Assembly: GCA_964276515.1 (NCBI GenBank)
Contig: OZ193910.1
Coordinates: 3,162,001 to 3,226,000, forward strand
DNA: 64,000 nucleotides
Source: Gordius albopunctatus
Lineage: Eukaryota
Direction: 5' to 3'
Both the position numbers and the translations under genes were made by a program. Of the stretch, positions 1 to 15,000 are shown one piece after another. How positions within the stretch are numbered: the first letter of the stretch is position 1; each line of letters opens with the position of its first letter. The notes beneath the pieces were generated by a model. The model was not told the origin of the DNA, searched no databases, and saw only the letters and a program-made list of their open reading frames with translations.

Positions 1-152
1 AAAAATGACTATTGGCCAAATTTTGTTCGAAATTTTTTTTTCGTTTTTTTTGACTCGTATGTATTTATAGACCATCTCTGGGTACTGATCAATGGAAAAA
101 AATGACCATTGGCCAATTTTCGTTTTTTTTGACTCGTATGTATTTATAGACC
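1..152 (+). repeat. Internal tandem sub-repeats of the Helentron/HINE-like family
   Basis: Two copies of aaaaatgac(t/c)attggccaa..tcgtttttttt..gactcgtatgtatttatagacc. The motif recurs at ~2041, ~46515 and, reverse-complemented, at ~50690-50758. Confidence 0.6.
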
Positions 153-193
153 GTTGTAATGATCTGAAACGTCGACATTTCCCCCACCCCAGA

Positions 194-565
194 GATGCAT
201 CAAGATTTTAAGGATTTGAAAGATTACGAAGCATCTACTACATGTTTTTAGACAAAAAATTAGCGGTTCACCCAAAAATCGTTAAAGATTTAGAGAAGTA
301 TTATGCTGCACAAACTGAATCCCTCAATTTCGAAGAGGAAAATGTCGAGACAGCTAGAAATATCATAAATACATGGCTTCTTGACCAAACAGCTTAATTG
401 ACCGTGTTTTATCTGCACCCGTACCTAATAGTTTAAACAGAATGCTATTACTAAACGTTTTTTACTTTAACGCCAAATGGGAAGTTCCCTTTAAATAATC
501 TTTAAATATTTGGAATGACACCTTTCTCGCTGCTCAAGCAAATATCATAGTCCGAGTACCATCTT
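194..565 (+). pseudogene. Serpin (serine protease inhibitor) pseudogene fragment
   Basis: Manual translation gives MFLDKKLAVHPKIVKDLEKYYAAQTESLNFEEENVETARNIINTWLLDQTA, a frameshift at ~394, then LIDRVLSAPVPNSLNRMLLLNVFYFNAKWEVPFK*SLNIWNDTFL..VRVP. This matches the serpin core motifs IN.W...T...I and LlNaiYFkgkW..pF. One frameshift and one in-frame stop. Confidence 0.85.
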
Positions 566-1121
566 ATATCAGCTATTTTACCTATTTTTTATTTAATAGT
601 AATTTAATAAATACATATTTCTCAATGTTAGGCACCTTTTCAAATTAAAAAAATAATATTTGTTATCGCTAAATTAATTTTGATAGGTTATTAATTAACC
701 CTAATTAATGCCCCCCAAAAACATATTCTTGAGAACCCGCTTTCCCCAATAGCTACACTGAAATAAAAATAGATCGAAAAAACTCTCGAGTACCCCCTTC
801 CCCAATAACTTAATCTTACTTTAATTACTCAACCTTGGAATTTAATGCGTTTTCTGAGGGAAACGGATAAATCGTATAGAGAGGATGACTTTGTAAATTT
901 TTAAATACTCATTTCTTTATTTCCAATAAATCATCTACAAACTTAATCATTAACAATTAATACAGCGCGCATCATCTTAAATTCACAAAAGGTAATTATT
1001 AATTTAATTTCAATAAAATAATTTGTAATTTAAACTTATTTAAGATTTCGAATCTTCTAGAAAGATAATCCTTTTACGCTATTTTGTTTAAATTCATTTA
1101 GCACTTCTAGCTTAAGCTTAG

Positions 1122-2281
1122 TTTCTACAGTAAATTCACAAATAGCGACTTAATAAATTCTCTATATTTTTTCCCCTTAAATATCAAAGCCAAAACAAAT
1201 ATTACGCCAAAATAAAGTAAATAAAAATTAAAGAAAAGCCTATTAAGTCTGAATACTCTTGAGGTGCCCGCCTGACCATATACAAGCTGTCGGCAAGGCT
1301 CGGGGTTTTTTATGAGTCAAAGACGGCAATCGTATTTAACAAACATCTGTTACATAACTAATCCGACCAAATATTTATGTTGAATTAATGTTGAATTATT
1401 TAATTACATTTACCTTTAAATATTATAAAAAATTTTGCTAGCTAAAAAAATATGGTTGTTAAAATAAATATATATTGCAGCCATTACATGCTTGAAAGCA
1501 TGATTAGGGCTTAATAAATATACAAGTAATATTTGCCCCAAACCAAGCTTATTTGCTGGGTGCGAGCGATATATACATTTAAACGTTACATTTGATTGAT
1601 ATTATATTTTTCATTATAGATTTGAGAAATGATATTAATTCACTATATTAATGCTTAAAAATAAGCTCGGGTCGCAAATTGCCGGGCGCCATGTTTATGG
1701 CGTATATTAACATTTAATCCCTTTTCATTTTGTTATATAATTAAAGGTTAAACTTATGAAGAAATAATTATTTAAGTTTCTCATTATTCCTTCTTCCATA
1801 GTGCATATTTATTAAGTCAATTAGATCACCATTTTGGGTGAGGTTGGGACGAATTTTTTTTACTTATTAACAAAGATAAAGGCGATGAGGCTCCCAAAAA
1901 AATTTGTTCCGTTCGTGAAGCCCAGGTTTAAATTGCTACCCTTGGTTCAAAATGTCATAAACAAAGATGTTTTGAACGTTAAACTTTGGCAAGAATCTAT
2001 GGCAAATCTTGAAGATGTTATTATATTATTAACTATTTGAAAAAAAGGACCATTGGCCAAATTTGTCATTTGAAATTCTTTTTTCGTTTTTTTTAAATTG
2101 GTTACCATTGATATTTACCCTATGCCCGTCAGTTCAATTATTTGCATTTAATACCACCTATAGAGATTCTCGCCCATAAATTGCATAGCAAATATGCTAC
2201 TTTTATACAGAGTATAGAAGAGTTCCCGCTTCCTTCCCCTACTCCCATCGCCCTTACCACGGGGGCCGAAGCCCCGAGTTT
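1122..2281 (+). mobile_element. Dispersed ~1.15-kb repeat, copy 1, ending in Helentron/HINE-like 3' subTIR and hairpin
   Basis: Nearly identical to 45598-46768. Ends with gcccataaattgcatagcaa ... gggccgaagcccc gagttt. Confidence 0.7.
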
Positions 2282-3049
2282 ATATATATAATTATATATT
2301 TAATTTTTACCTTTTATTTATCGAATTTTAATGTTTTTAAATTTGTCATATATATCATTTATCCTTATAAAATGTGTAGAAAATAGAGAACTTAAATTTT
2401 ATAAAAAATCGCCATTTTGTGAAATAGGGTTTTAATAAAATGCGAAATCAAGAATATATAATAGGTCACGTGGGCCATATGAACATTCGAATCGAAGATA
2501 TGGGTTGTTGCTTCAAATAAACACCATGCACTTGAGTTAAAATTTATTTATATAATATTTATTATATAATTTGTGGCATGTGTATTGAGATATACAGTAT
2601 GCAGATCGTGTAAAGTAATATGTTGATAACTCTTATAAATATATTAAAAGAAAATTTTGGTGTTACAACTTAGAAAGTGTCTAAGTTTCGACACAAGCTA
2701 CTCAATCTAATAAAGTAGAAAGCATTTGATGGAGGTTGAGAAGATTAGTAATTTTGATAATTTATATTATTTTATAAAATCTGATTGTAAAAAAACAATT
2801 TTGAAAAATGATTGCTAGCGAAAACTTAGAAAATAATAAGAAAACGATTTTCTAACACAAGTTTAAAATGTTAAACAAAAAAAATATTCAAGGCATTATC
2901 CTTAAAAAATTTATTACTCAGTAATCGCGCTGTCTTTCAATTACATATAAGAGAATTGTGTATATGTAGTTTATTAAATCATCGTTATCTGATATAAGTT
3001 AAAATTATAAAATGTTAAGCATTTATTATAAATCATTTCAATAATTAAC

Positions 3050-3085
3050 ATTAGTTTGCTTTGCTAATTCTTTTTCGTTTCCTTG
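3050..3085 (-). CDS. Putative unique exon following the array (QGNEKELAKQTN)
   Basis: Preceded by a divergent copy of the array intron ending in aatcag. Followed by GT at 3049 and a 61-nt AT-rich intron-like segment ending in tatcag at 2989. Confidence 0.5.
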
Positions 3086-6000
3086 CTGATTGAAAATAAA
3101 AAAGAAATTAGAAATATATAGTAAATATTATATTTATAATTTTGTTAATATTTATAAAATAGTAGAATTACCATTGCTATCAACGTGTTTTCTCCTTTCA
3201 AAAATAAATCAATCTTTTCTTCGTTTCCTTGCTGATTTATAAAAAAGAAATTTGAAATATATAGTAAATATTATATTTATAATTTTGTTAATATTTATAA
3301 AATAGTAGAATTACCATTCTAATCAACGTGTTTTCTCCTTTCAAAAATAAATCAATCTCTTCTTCATTTCCTTGCTGATTTATAAAAAAGAAATTTGAAA
3401 TATATAGCAAATATTATATTTATAATTTTGTTAATATTTATAAAATAGTAGAATTACCATTCTAATCAACGTGTTTTCTCCTTTCAAAAATAAATCAATC
3501 TCTTCTTCATTTCCTTGCTGATTTATAAAAAAGAAATTTGAAATATATAGCAAATATTATATTTATTTTTTTGTTAATATTTATAAAATAGTAGAATTAC
3601 CATTCTAATCAACGTTTTTTCTCCTTTCAAAAATAAATCAATCTCTTCTTCATTTCCTTGCTGATTTATAAAAAAGAAATTTGAAATATATAGCAAATAT
3701 TATATTTATAATTTTGTTAATATTTATAAAATAGTAGAATTACCATTCTAATCAACGTTTTTTCTCCTTTCAAAAATAAATCAATCTCTTCTTCATTTCC
3801 TTGCTGATTTATAAAAAATAAATTTGAAATATATAGCAAATATTATATTTATAGATTTGTTAATATTTATAAAATAGTAGAATTACCATTCTAATCAACG
3901 TGTTTTCTCCTTTCAAAAATAAATCAATCTCTTCTTCATTTCCTTGCTGATTTATAAAAAAGAAATTTGAAATATATAGCAAATATTATATTTATAATTT
4001 TGTTAATATTTATAAAATAGTAGAATTACCATTCTAATCAACGTGTTTTCTCCTTTCAAAAATAAATTAATCTTTTCTTCGTTTCCTTGCTGATTTATAA
4101 AAAAGAAATTTGAAATATATAGCAAATATTATATTTATAATTTTGTTAATATTTATAAAATAGTAGAATTACCATTCTAATCAACGTGTTTTCTCCTTTC
4201 AAAAATAAATTAATCTCTTCTTCATTTCCTTGCTGATTTATAAAAAAGAAATTTGAAATATATAGCAAATATTATATTTATAATTTTGTTAATATTTATA
4301 AAATAGTAGAATTACCATTCTAATCAACGTTTTTTCTCCTTTCAAAAATAAATTAATCTTTTCTTCGTTTCCTTGCTGATTTATAAAAAAGAAATCTTTC
4401 AAAAATAAATTAATCTTTTCTTCATTTCCTTGCTGATTTATAAAAAAGAAATTTGAAATATATAGCAAATATTATATTTATAATTTTGTTAATATTTATA
4501 AAATAGTAGAATTACCATTCTAATCAACGTTTTTTCTCCTTTCAAAAATAAATCAATCTCTTCTTTTTCCTTGCTGATTTATAAAAAATAAATTTGAAAT
4601 ATATAGCAAATATTATATTTATAGATTTGTTAATATTTATAAAATAGTAGAATTACCATTCTAATCAACGTGTTTTCTCCTTTCAAAAATAAATCAATCT
4701 CTTCTTTTTCCTTGCTGATTTATAAAAAAGAAATTTGAAATATATAGCAAATATTATATTTATAGATTTGTTAATATTTATAAAATAGTAGAATTACCAT
4801 TCTAATCAACGTGTTTTCTCCTTTCAAAAATATATTAATCTTTTCTTCATTTCCTTGCTGATTTATAAAAAAGAAATTTGAAATATATAGCAAATATTAT
4901 ATTTATAATTTTGTTAATATTTATAAAATAGTAGAATTACCATTCTAATCAACGTGTTTTCTCCTTTCAAAAATAAATCAATCTTTTCTTCGTTTCCTTG
5001 CTGATTTATAAAAAAGAAATTTGAAATATATAGCAAATATTATATTTATAATTTTGTTAATATTTATAAAATAGTAGAATTACCATTCTAATCAACGTGT
5101 TTTCTCCTTTCAAAAATAAATCAATCTCTTCTTCATTTCCTTGCTGATTTATAAAAAAGAAATTTGAAATATATAGCAAATATTATATTTATAATTTTGT
5201 TAATATTTATAAAATAGTAGAATTACCATTCTAATCAACGTGTTTTCTCCTTTCAAAAATATATTAATCTTTTCTTCGTTTCCTTGCTGATTTATAAAAA
5301 AGAAATTTGAAATATATAGCAAATATTATATTTATAATTTTGTTAATATTTATAAAATAGTAGAATTACCATTCTAATCAACGTGTTTTCTCCTTTCAAA
5401 AATAAATCAATCTCTTCTTCGTTTCCTTGCTGATTTATAAAAAAGAAATTTGAAATATATAGCAAATATTATATTTATAATTTTGTTAATATTTATAAAA
5501 TAGTAGAATTACCATTGCTATCAACGTGTTTTCTCCTTTCAAAAATAAATTAATCTTTTCTTCGTTTCCTTGCTGATTTATAAAAAAGAAATTTGAAATA
5601 TATAGCAAATATTATATTTATAATTTTGTTAATATTTATAAAATAGTAGAATTACCATTGCTATCAACGTGTTTTCTCCTTTCAAAAATAAATCAATCTC
5701 TTCTTCGTTTCCTTGCTGATTTATAAAAAAGAAATTTGAAATATATAGCAAATATTATATTTATAATTTTGTTAATATTTATAAAATAGTAGAATTACCA
5801 TTGCTATCAACGTGTTTTCTCCTTTCAAAAATAAATCAATCCCTTCTTCATTTCCTTGCTGATTTATAAAAAAGAAATTTGAAATATATAGCAAATATTA
5901 TATTTATAATTTTGTTAATATTTATAAAATAGTAGAATTACCATTCTAATCAACGTGTTTTCTCCTTTCAAAAATAAATCAATCTCTTCTTCATTTCCTT

Positions 6001-9000
6001 GCTGATTTATAAAAAAGAAATTTGAAATATATAGCAAATATTATATTTATAATTTTGTTAATATTTATAAAATAGTAGAATTACCATTCTAATCAACGTG
6101 TTTTCTCCTTTCAAAAATAAATCAATCTCTTCTTCATTTCCTTGCTGATTTATAAAAAAGAAATTTGAAATATATAGCAAATATTATATTTATAATTTTG
6201 TTAATATTTATAAAATAGTAGAATTACCATTGCTATCAACGTGTTTTCTCCTTTCAAAAATAAATCAATCTTTTCTTCATTTCCTTGCTGATTTATAAAA
6301 AAGAAATTTGAAATATATAGCAAATATTATATTTATAATTTTGTTAATATTTATAAAATAGTAGAATTACCATTGCTATCAACGTGTTTTCTCCTTTCAA
6401 AAATAAATCAATCTTTTCTTCATTTCCTTGCTGATTTATAAAAAAGAAATTTGAAATATATAGCAAATATTATATTTATAATTTTGTTAATATTTATAAA
6501 ATAGTAGAATTACCATTGCTATCAACGTGTTTTCTCCTTTCAAAAATAAATCAATCTCTTCTTCATTTCCTTGCTGATTTATAAAAAAGAAATTTGAAAT
6601 ATATAGCAAATATTATATTTATAATTTTGTTAATATTTATAAAATAGTAGAATTACCATTCTAATCAACGTGTTTTCTCCTTTCAAAAATAAATCAATCT
6701 CTTCTTCATTTCCTTGCTGATTTATAAAAAAGAAATTTGAAATATATAGCAAATATTATATTTATAATTTTGTTAATATTTATAAAATAGTAGAATTACC
6801 ATTCTAATCAACGTGTTTTCTCCTTTCAAAAATAAATCAATCTTTTCTTCATTTCCTTGCTGATTTATAAAAAAGAAATTTGAAATATATAGCAAATATT
6901 ATATTTATAATTTTGTTAATATTTATAAAATAGTAGAATTACCATTCTAATCAACGTGTTTTCTCCTTTCAAAAATAAATCAATCTCTTCTTCGTTTCCT
7001 TGCTGATTTATAAAAAAGAAATTTGAAATATATAGCAAATATTATATTTATAATTTTGTTAATATTTATAAAATAGTAGAATTACCATTCTAATCAACGT
7101 GTTTTCTCCTTTCAAAAATAAATCAATCTCTTCTTCATTTCCTTGCTGATTTATAAAAAAGAAATTTGAAATATATAGCAAATATTATATTTATAATTTT
7201 GTTAATATTTATAAAATAGTAGAATTACCATTCTAATCAACGTGTTTTCTCCTTTCAAAAATAAATCAATCTTTTCTTCATTTCCTTGCTGATTTATAAA
7301 AAAGAAATTTGAAATATATAGCAAATATTATATTTATAATTTTGTTAATATTTATAAAATAGTAGAATTACCATTGCTATCAACGTGTTTTCTCCTTTCA
7401 AAAATAAATCAATCTCTTCTTCATTTCCTTGCTGATTTATAAAAAAGAAATTTGAAATATATAGCAAATATTATATTTATAATTTTGTTAATATTTATAA
7501 AATAGTAGAATTACCATTCTAATCAACGTGTTTTCTCCTTTCAAAAATAAATCAATCTCTTCTTCATTTCCTTGCTGATTTATAAAAAAGAAATTTGAAA
7601 TATATAGTAAATATTATATTTATAATTTTGTTAATATTTATAAAATAGTAGAATTACCATTCTAATCAACGTGTTTTCTCCTTTCAAAAATAAATCAATC
7701 TCTTCTTCATTTCCTTGCTGATTTATAAAAAAGAAATTTGAAATATATAGTAAATATTATATTTATAATTTTGTTAATATTTATAAAATAGTAGAATTAC
7801 CATTGCTATCAACGTGTTTTCTCCTTTCAAAAACAAATTAATCTTTTCTTCGTTTCCTTGCTGATTTATAAAAAAGAAATTTGAAATATATAGTAAATAT
7901 TATATTTATAATTTTGTTAATATTTATAAAATAGTAGAATTACCATTGCTATCAACGTGTTTTCTCCTTTCAAAAATAAATTAATCTTTTCTTCATTTCC
8001 TTGCTGATTTATAAAAAAGAAATTTGAAATATATAGCAAATATTATATTTATAATTTTGTTAATATTTATAAAATAGTAGAATTACCATTGCTATCAACG
8101 TGTTTTCTCCTTTCAAAAATAAATCAATCTCTTCTTCATTTCCTTGCTGATTTATAAAAAAGAAATTTGAAATATATAGCAAATATTATATTTATAATTT
8201 TGTTAATATTTATAAAATAGTAGAATTACCATTCTAATCAACGTGTTTTCTCCTTTCAAAAATAAATCAATCTCTTCTTCATTTCCTTGCTGATTTATAA
8301 AAAAGAAATTTGAAATATATAGTAAATATTATATTTATAATTTTGTTAATATTTATAAAATAGTAGAATTACCATTGCTATCAACGTGTTTTCTCCTTTC
8401 AAAAATAAATTAATCTTTTCTTCATTTCCTTGCTGATTTATAAAAAAGAAATTTGAAATATATAGCAAATATTATATTTATAATTTTGTTAATATTTATA
8501 AAATAGTAGAATTACCATTGCTATCAACGTGTTTTCTCCTTTCAAAAATAAATTAATCTTTTCTTCATTTCCTTGCTGATTTATAAAAAAGAAATTTGAA
8601 ATATATAGCAAATATTATATTTATAATTTTGTTAATATTTATAAAATAGTAGAATTACCATTGCTATCAACGTGTTTTCTCCTTTCAAAAATAAATTAAT
8701 CTTTTCTTCGTTTCCTTGCTGATTTATAAAAAAGAAATTTGAAATATATAGCAAATATTATATTTATAATTTTGTTAATATTTATAAAATAGTAGAATTA
8801 CCATTTCTATCAACGTGTTTTCTCCTTTCAAAAATAAATTAATCTTTTCTTCATTTCCTTGCTGATTTATAAAAAAGAAATTTGAAATATATAGCAAATA
8901 TTATATTTATAATTTTGTTAATATTTATAAAATAGTAGAATTACCATTTCTATCAACGTGTTTTCTCCTTTCAAAAATAAATTAATCTTTTCTTCGTTTC

Positions 9001-12000
9001 CTTGCTGATTTATAAAAAAGAAATTTGAAATATATAGCAAATATTATATTTATAATTTTGTTAATATTTATAAAATAGTAGAATTACCATTCTAATCAAC
9101 GTGTTTTCTCCTTTCAAAAATAAATCAATCTCTTCTTCATTTCCTTGCTGATTTATAAAAAAGAAATTTGAAATATATAGTAAATATTATATTTATAATT
9201 TTGTTAATATTTATAAAATAGTAGAATTACCATTGCTATCAACGTGTTTTCTCCTTTCAAAAACAAATTAATCTTTTCTTCGTTTCCTTGCTGATTTATA
9301 AAAAAGAAATTTGAAATATATAGTAAATATTATATTTATAATTTTGTTAATATTTATAAAATAGTAGAATTACCATTGCTATCAACGTGTTTTCTCCTTT
9401 CAAAAATAAATTAATCTTTTCTTCATTTCCTTGCTGATTTATAAAAAAGAAATTTGAAATATATAGCAAATATTATATTTATAATTTTGTTAATATTTAT
9501 AAAATAGTAGAATTACCATTGCTATCAACGTGTTTTCTCCTTTCAAAAATAAATCAATCTCTTCTTCATTTCCTTGCTGATTTATAAAAAAGAAATTTGA
9601 AATATATAGCAAATATTATATTTATAATTTTGTTAATATTTATAAAATAGTAGAATTACCATTCTAATCAACGTGTTTTCTCCTTTCAAAAATAAATCAA
9701 TCTCTTCTTCATTTCCTTGCTGATTTATAAAAAAGAAATTTGAAATATATAGTAAATATTATATTTATAATTTTGTTAATATTTATAAAATAGTAGAATT
9801 ACCATTGCTATCAACGTGTTTTCTCCTTTCAAAAATAAATCAATCTCTTCTTCATTTCCTTGCTGATTTATAAAAAAGAAATTTGAAATATATAGTAAAT
9901 ATTATATTTATAATTTTGTTAATATTTATAAAATAGTAGAATTACCATTGCTATCAACGTGTTTTCTCCTTTCAAAAACAAATTAATCTTTTCTTCGTTT
10001 CCTTGCTGATTTATAAAAAAGAAATTTGAAATATATAGTAAATATTATATTTATAATTTTGTTAATATTTATAAAATAGTAGAATTACCATTGCTATCAA
10101 CGTGTTTTCTCCTTTCAAAAATAAATTAATCTTTTCTTCATTTCCTTGCTGATTTATAAAAAAGAAATTTGAAATATATAGCAAATATTATATTTATAAT
10201 TTTGTTAATATTTATAAAATAGTAGAATTACCATTGCTATCAACGTGTTTTCTCCTTTCAAAAATAAATCAATCTCTTCTTCATTTCCTTGCTGATTTAT
10301 AAAAAAGAAATTTGAAATATATAGCAAATATTATATTTATAATTTTGTTAATATTTATAAAATAGTAGAATTACCATTGCTATCAACGTGTTTTCTCCTT
10401 TCAAAAATAAATCAATCTCTTCTTCATTTCCTTGCTGATTTATAAAAAAGAAATTTGAAATATCTAGCAAATATTATATTTATAATTTTGTTAATATTTA
10501 TAAAATAGTAGAATTACCATTGCTATCAACGTGTTTTCTCCTTTCAAAAATAAATTAATCTTTTCTTCATTTCCTTGCTGATTTATAAAAAAGAAATTTG
10601 AAATATATAGTAAATATTATATTTATAATTTTGTTAATATTTATAAAATAGTAGAATTACCATTGCTATCAACGTGTTTTCTCCTTTCAAAAATAAATTA
10701 ATCTTTTCTTCGTTTCCTTGCTGATTTATAAAAAAGAAATTTGAAATATATAGCAAATATTATATTTATAATTTTGTTAATATTTATAAAATAGTAGAAT
10801 TACCATTGCTATCAACGTGTTTTCTCCTTTCAAAAATAAATTAATCTTTTCTTCATTTCCTTGCTGATTTATAAAAAAGAAATTTGAAATATATAGCAAA
10901 TATTATATTTATAATTTTGTTAATATTTATAAAATAGTAGAATTACCATTGCTATCAACGTGTTTTCTCCTTTCAAAAATAAATCAATCTCTTCTTCATT
11001 TCCTTGCTGATTTATAAAAAAGAAATTTGAAATATATAGCAAATATTATATTTATAATTTTGTTAATATTTATAAAATAGTAGAATTACCATTGCTATCA
11101 ACGTGTTTTCTCCTTTCAAAAATAAATTAATCTTTTCTTCGTTTCCTTGCTGATTTATAAAAAAGAAATTTGAAATATATAGCAAATATTATATTTATAA
11201 TTTTGTTAATATTTATAAAATAGTAGAATTACCATTTCTATCAACGTGTTTTCTCCTTTCAAAAATAAATTAATCTTTTCTTCGTTTCCTTGCTGATTTA
11301 TAAAAAAGAAATTTGAAATATATAGTAAATATTATATTTATAATTTTGTTAATATTTATAAAATAGTAGAATTACCATTGCTATCAACGTGTTTTCTCCT
11401 TTCAAAAATAAATCAATCTCTTCTTCATTTCCTTGCTGATTTATAAAAAAGAAATTTGAAATATATAGCAAATAATATATTTATAATTTTGTTAATATTT
11501 ATAAAATAGTAGAATTACCATTGCTATCAACGTGTTTTCTCCTTTCAAAAATAAATCAATCTCTTCTTCATTTCCTTGCTGATTTATAAAAAAGAAATTT
11601 GAAATATATAGCAAATATTATATTTATAATTTTGTTAATATTTATAAAATAGTAGAATTACCATTGCTATCAACGTGTTTTCTCCTTTCAAAAATAAATT
11701 AATCTTTTCTTCATTTCCTTGCTGATTTATAAAAAAGAAATTTGAAATATATAGCAAATATTATATTTATAATTTTGTTAATATTTATAAAATAGTAGAA
11801 TTACCATTGCTATCAACGTGTTTTCTCCTTTCAAAAATAAATTAATCTTTTCTTCGTTTCCTTGCTGATTTATAAAAAAGAAATTTGAAATATATAGCAA
11901 ATATTATATTTATAATTTTGTTAATATTTATAAAATAGTAGAATTACCATTTCTATCAACGTGTTTTCTCCTTTCAAAAATAAATTAATCTTTTCTTCAT

Positions 12001-15000
12001 TTCCTTGCTGATTTATAAAAAAGAAATTTGAAATATATAGCAAATATTATATTTATAATTTTGTTAATATTTATAAAATAGTAGAATTACCATTTCTATC
12101 AACGTGTTTTCTCCTTTCAAAAATAAATTAATCTTTTCTTCGTTTCCTTGCTGATTTATAAAAAAGAAATTTGAAATATATAGCAAATATTATATTTATA
12201 ATTTTGTTAATATTTATAAAATAGTAGAATTACCATTGCTATCAACGTGTTTTCTCCTTTCAAAAATAAATTAATCTTTTCTTCGTTTCCTTGCTGATTT
12301 ATAAAAAAGAAATTTGAAATATATAGCAAATATTATATTTATAATTTTGTTAATATTTATAAAATAGTAGAATTACCATTGCTATCAACGTGTTTTCTCC
12401 TTTCAAAAATAAATTAATCTTTTCTTCATTTCCTTGCTGATTTATAAAAAAGAAATTTGAAATATATAGCAAATATTATATTTATAATTTTGTTAATATT
12501 TATAAAATAGTAGAATTACCATTGCTATCAACGTGTTTTCTCCTTTCAAAAATAAATTAATCTTTTCTTCGTTTCCTTGCTGATTTATAAAAAAGAAATT
12601 TGAAATATATAGCAAATATTATATTTATAATTTTGTTAATATTTATAAAATAGTAGAATTACCATTCTAATCAACGTGTTTTCTCCTTTCAAAAATAAAT
12701 CAATCTCTTCTTCATTTCCTTGCTGATTTATAAAAAAGAAATTTGAAATATATAGCAAATATTATATTTATAATTTTGTTAATATTTATAAAATAGTAGA
12801 ATTACCATTTCTATCAACGTGTTTTCTCCTTTCAAAAATAAATTAATCTTTTCTTCGTTTCCTTGCTGATTTATAAAAAAGAAATTTGAAATATATAGCA
12901 AATATTATATTTATAATTTTGTTAATATTTATAAAATAGTAGAATTACCATTGCTATCAACGTGTTTTCTCCTTTCAAAAATAAATCAATCTCTTCTTCA
13001 TTTCCTTGCTGATTTATAAAAAAGAAATTTGAAATATATAGCAAATATTATATTTATAATTTTGTTAATATTTATAAAATAGTAGAATTACCATTTCTAT
13101 CAACGTGTTTTCTCCTTTCAAAAATAAATTAATCTTTTCTTCGTTTCCTTGCTGATTTATAAAAAAGAAATTTGAAATATATAGCAAATATTATATTTAT
13201 AATTTTGTTAATATTTATAAAATAGTAGAATTACCATTGCTATCAACGTGTTTTCTCCTTTCAAAAATAAATCAATCTCTTCTTCATTTCCTTGCTGATT
13301 TATAAAAAAGAAATTTGAAATATATAGCAAATAATATATTTATAATTTTGTTAATATTTATAAAATAGTAGAATTACCATTCTAATCAACGTGTTTTCTC
13401 CTTTCAAAAATAAATTAATCTTTTCTTCGTTTCCTTGCTGATTTATAAAAAAGAAATTTGAAATATATAGCAAATATTATATTTATAATTTTGTTAATAT
13501 TTATAAAATAGTAGAATTACCATTCTAATCAACGTGTTTTCTCCTTTCAAAAATAAATTAATCTTTTCTTCGTTTCCTTGCTGATTTATAAAAAAGAAAT
13601 TTGAAATATATAGCAAATATTATATTTATAATTTTGTTAATATTTATAAAATAGTAGAATTACCATTCTAATCAACGTGTTTTCTCCTTTCAAAAATAAA
13701 TTAATCTTTTCTTCGTTTCCTTGCTGATTTATAAAAAAGAAATTTGAAATATATAGTAAATATTATATTTATAATTTTGTTAATATTTATAAAATAGTAG
13801 AATTACCATTGCTATCAACGTGTTTTCTCCTTTCAAAAATAAATTAATCTTTTCTTCATTTCCTTGCTGATTTATAAAAAAGAAATTTGAAATATATAGC
13901 AAATATTATATTTATAATTTTGTTAATATTTATAAAATAGTAGAATTACCATTGCTATCAACGTGTTTTCTCCTTTCAAAAATAAATTAATCTTTTCTTC
14001 ATTTCCTTGCTGATTTATAAAAAAGAAATTTGAAATATATAGTAAATATTATATTTATAATTTTGTTAATATTTATAAAATAGTAGAATTACCATTGCTA
14101 TCAACGTGTTTTCTCCTTTCAAAAATAAATTAATCTTTTCTTCATTTCCTTGCTGATTTATAAAAAAGAAATTTGAAATATATAGCAAATATTATATTTA
14201 TAATTTTGTTAATATTTATAAAATAGTAGAATTACCATTGCTATCAACGTGTTTTCTCCTTTCAAAAATAAATCAATCTCTTCTTCATTTCCTTGCTGAT
14301 TTATAAAAAAGAAATTTGAAATATATAGCAAATATTATATTTATAATTTTGTTAATATTTATAAAATAGTAGAATTACCATTGCTATCAACGTGTTTTCT
14401 CCTTTCAAAAATAAATTAATCTTTTCTTCATTTCCTTGCTGATTTATAAAAAAGAAATTTGAAATATATAGCAAATATTATATTTATAATTTTGTTAATA
14501 TTTATAAAATAGTAGAATTACCATTGCTATCAACGTGTTTTCTCCTTTCAAAAATAAATTAATCTTTTCTTCGTTTCCTTGCTGATTTATAAAAAAGAAA
14601 TTTGAAATATATAGCAAATATTATATTTATAATTTTGTTAATATTTATAAAATAGTAGAATTACCATTTCTATCAACGTGTTTTCTCCTTTCAAAAATAA
14701 ATTAATCTTTTCTTCATTTCCTTGCTGATTTATAAAAAAGAAATTTGAAATATATAGCAAATATTATATTTATAATTTTGTTAATATTTATAAAATAGTA
14801 GAATTACCATTTCTATCAACGTGTTTTCTCCTTTCAAAAATAAATTAATCTTTTCTTCGTTTCCTTGCTGATTTATAAAAAAGAAATTTGAAATATATAG
14901 CAAATATTATATTTATAATTTTGTTAATATTTATAAAATAGTAGAATTACCATTGCTATCAACGTGTTTTCTCCTTTCAAAAATAAATTAATCTTTTCTT

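Noticed and set aside
1834..2040. 68-aa ORF, and the short ORFs at 46422-46813 and 50225-50486
   Set aside because: They lie in dispersed repeat copies, and the frames are not conserved between copies.
2400..2988. Further downstream exons of the array gene
   Set aside because: Several AG/GT-bounded candidates exist, but their phases are inconsistent and they contain stops. A model cannot be supported without cDNA.
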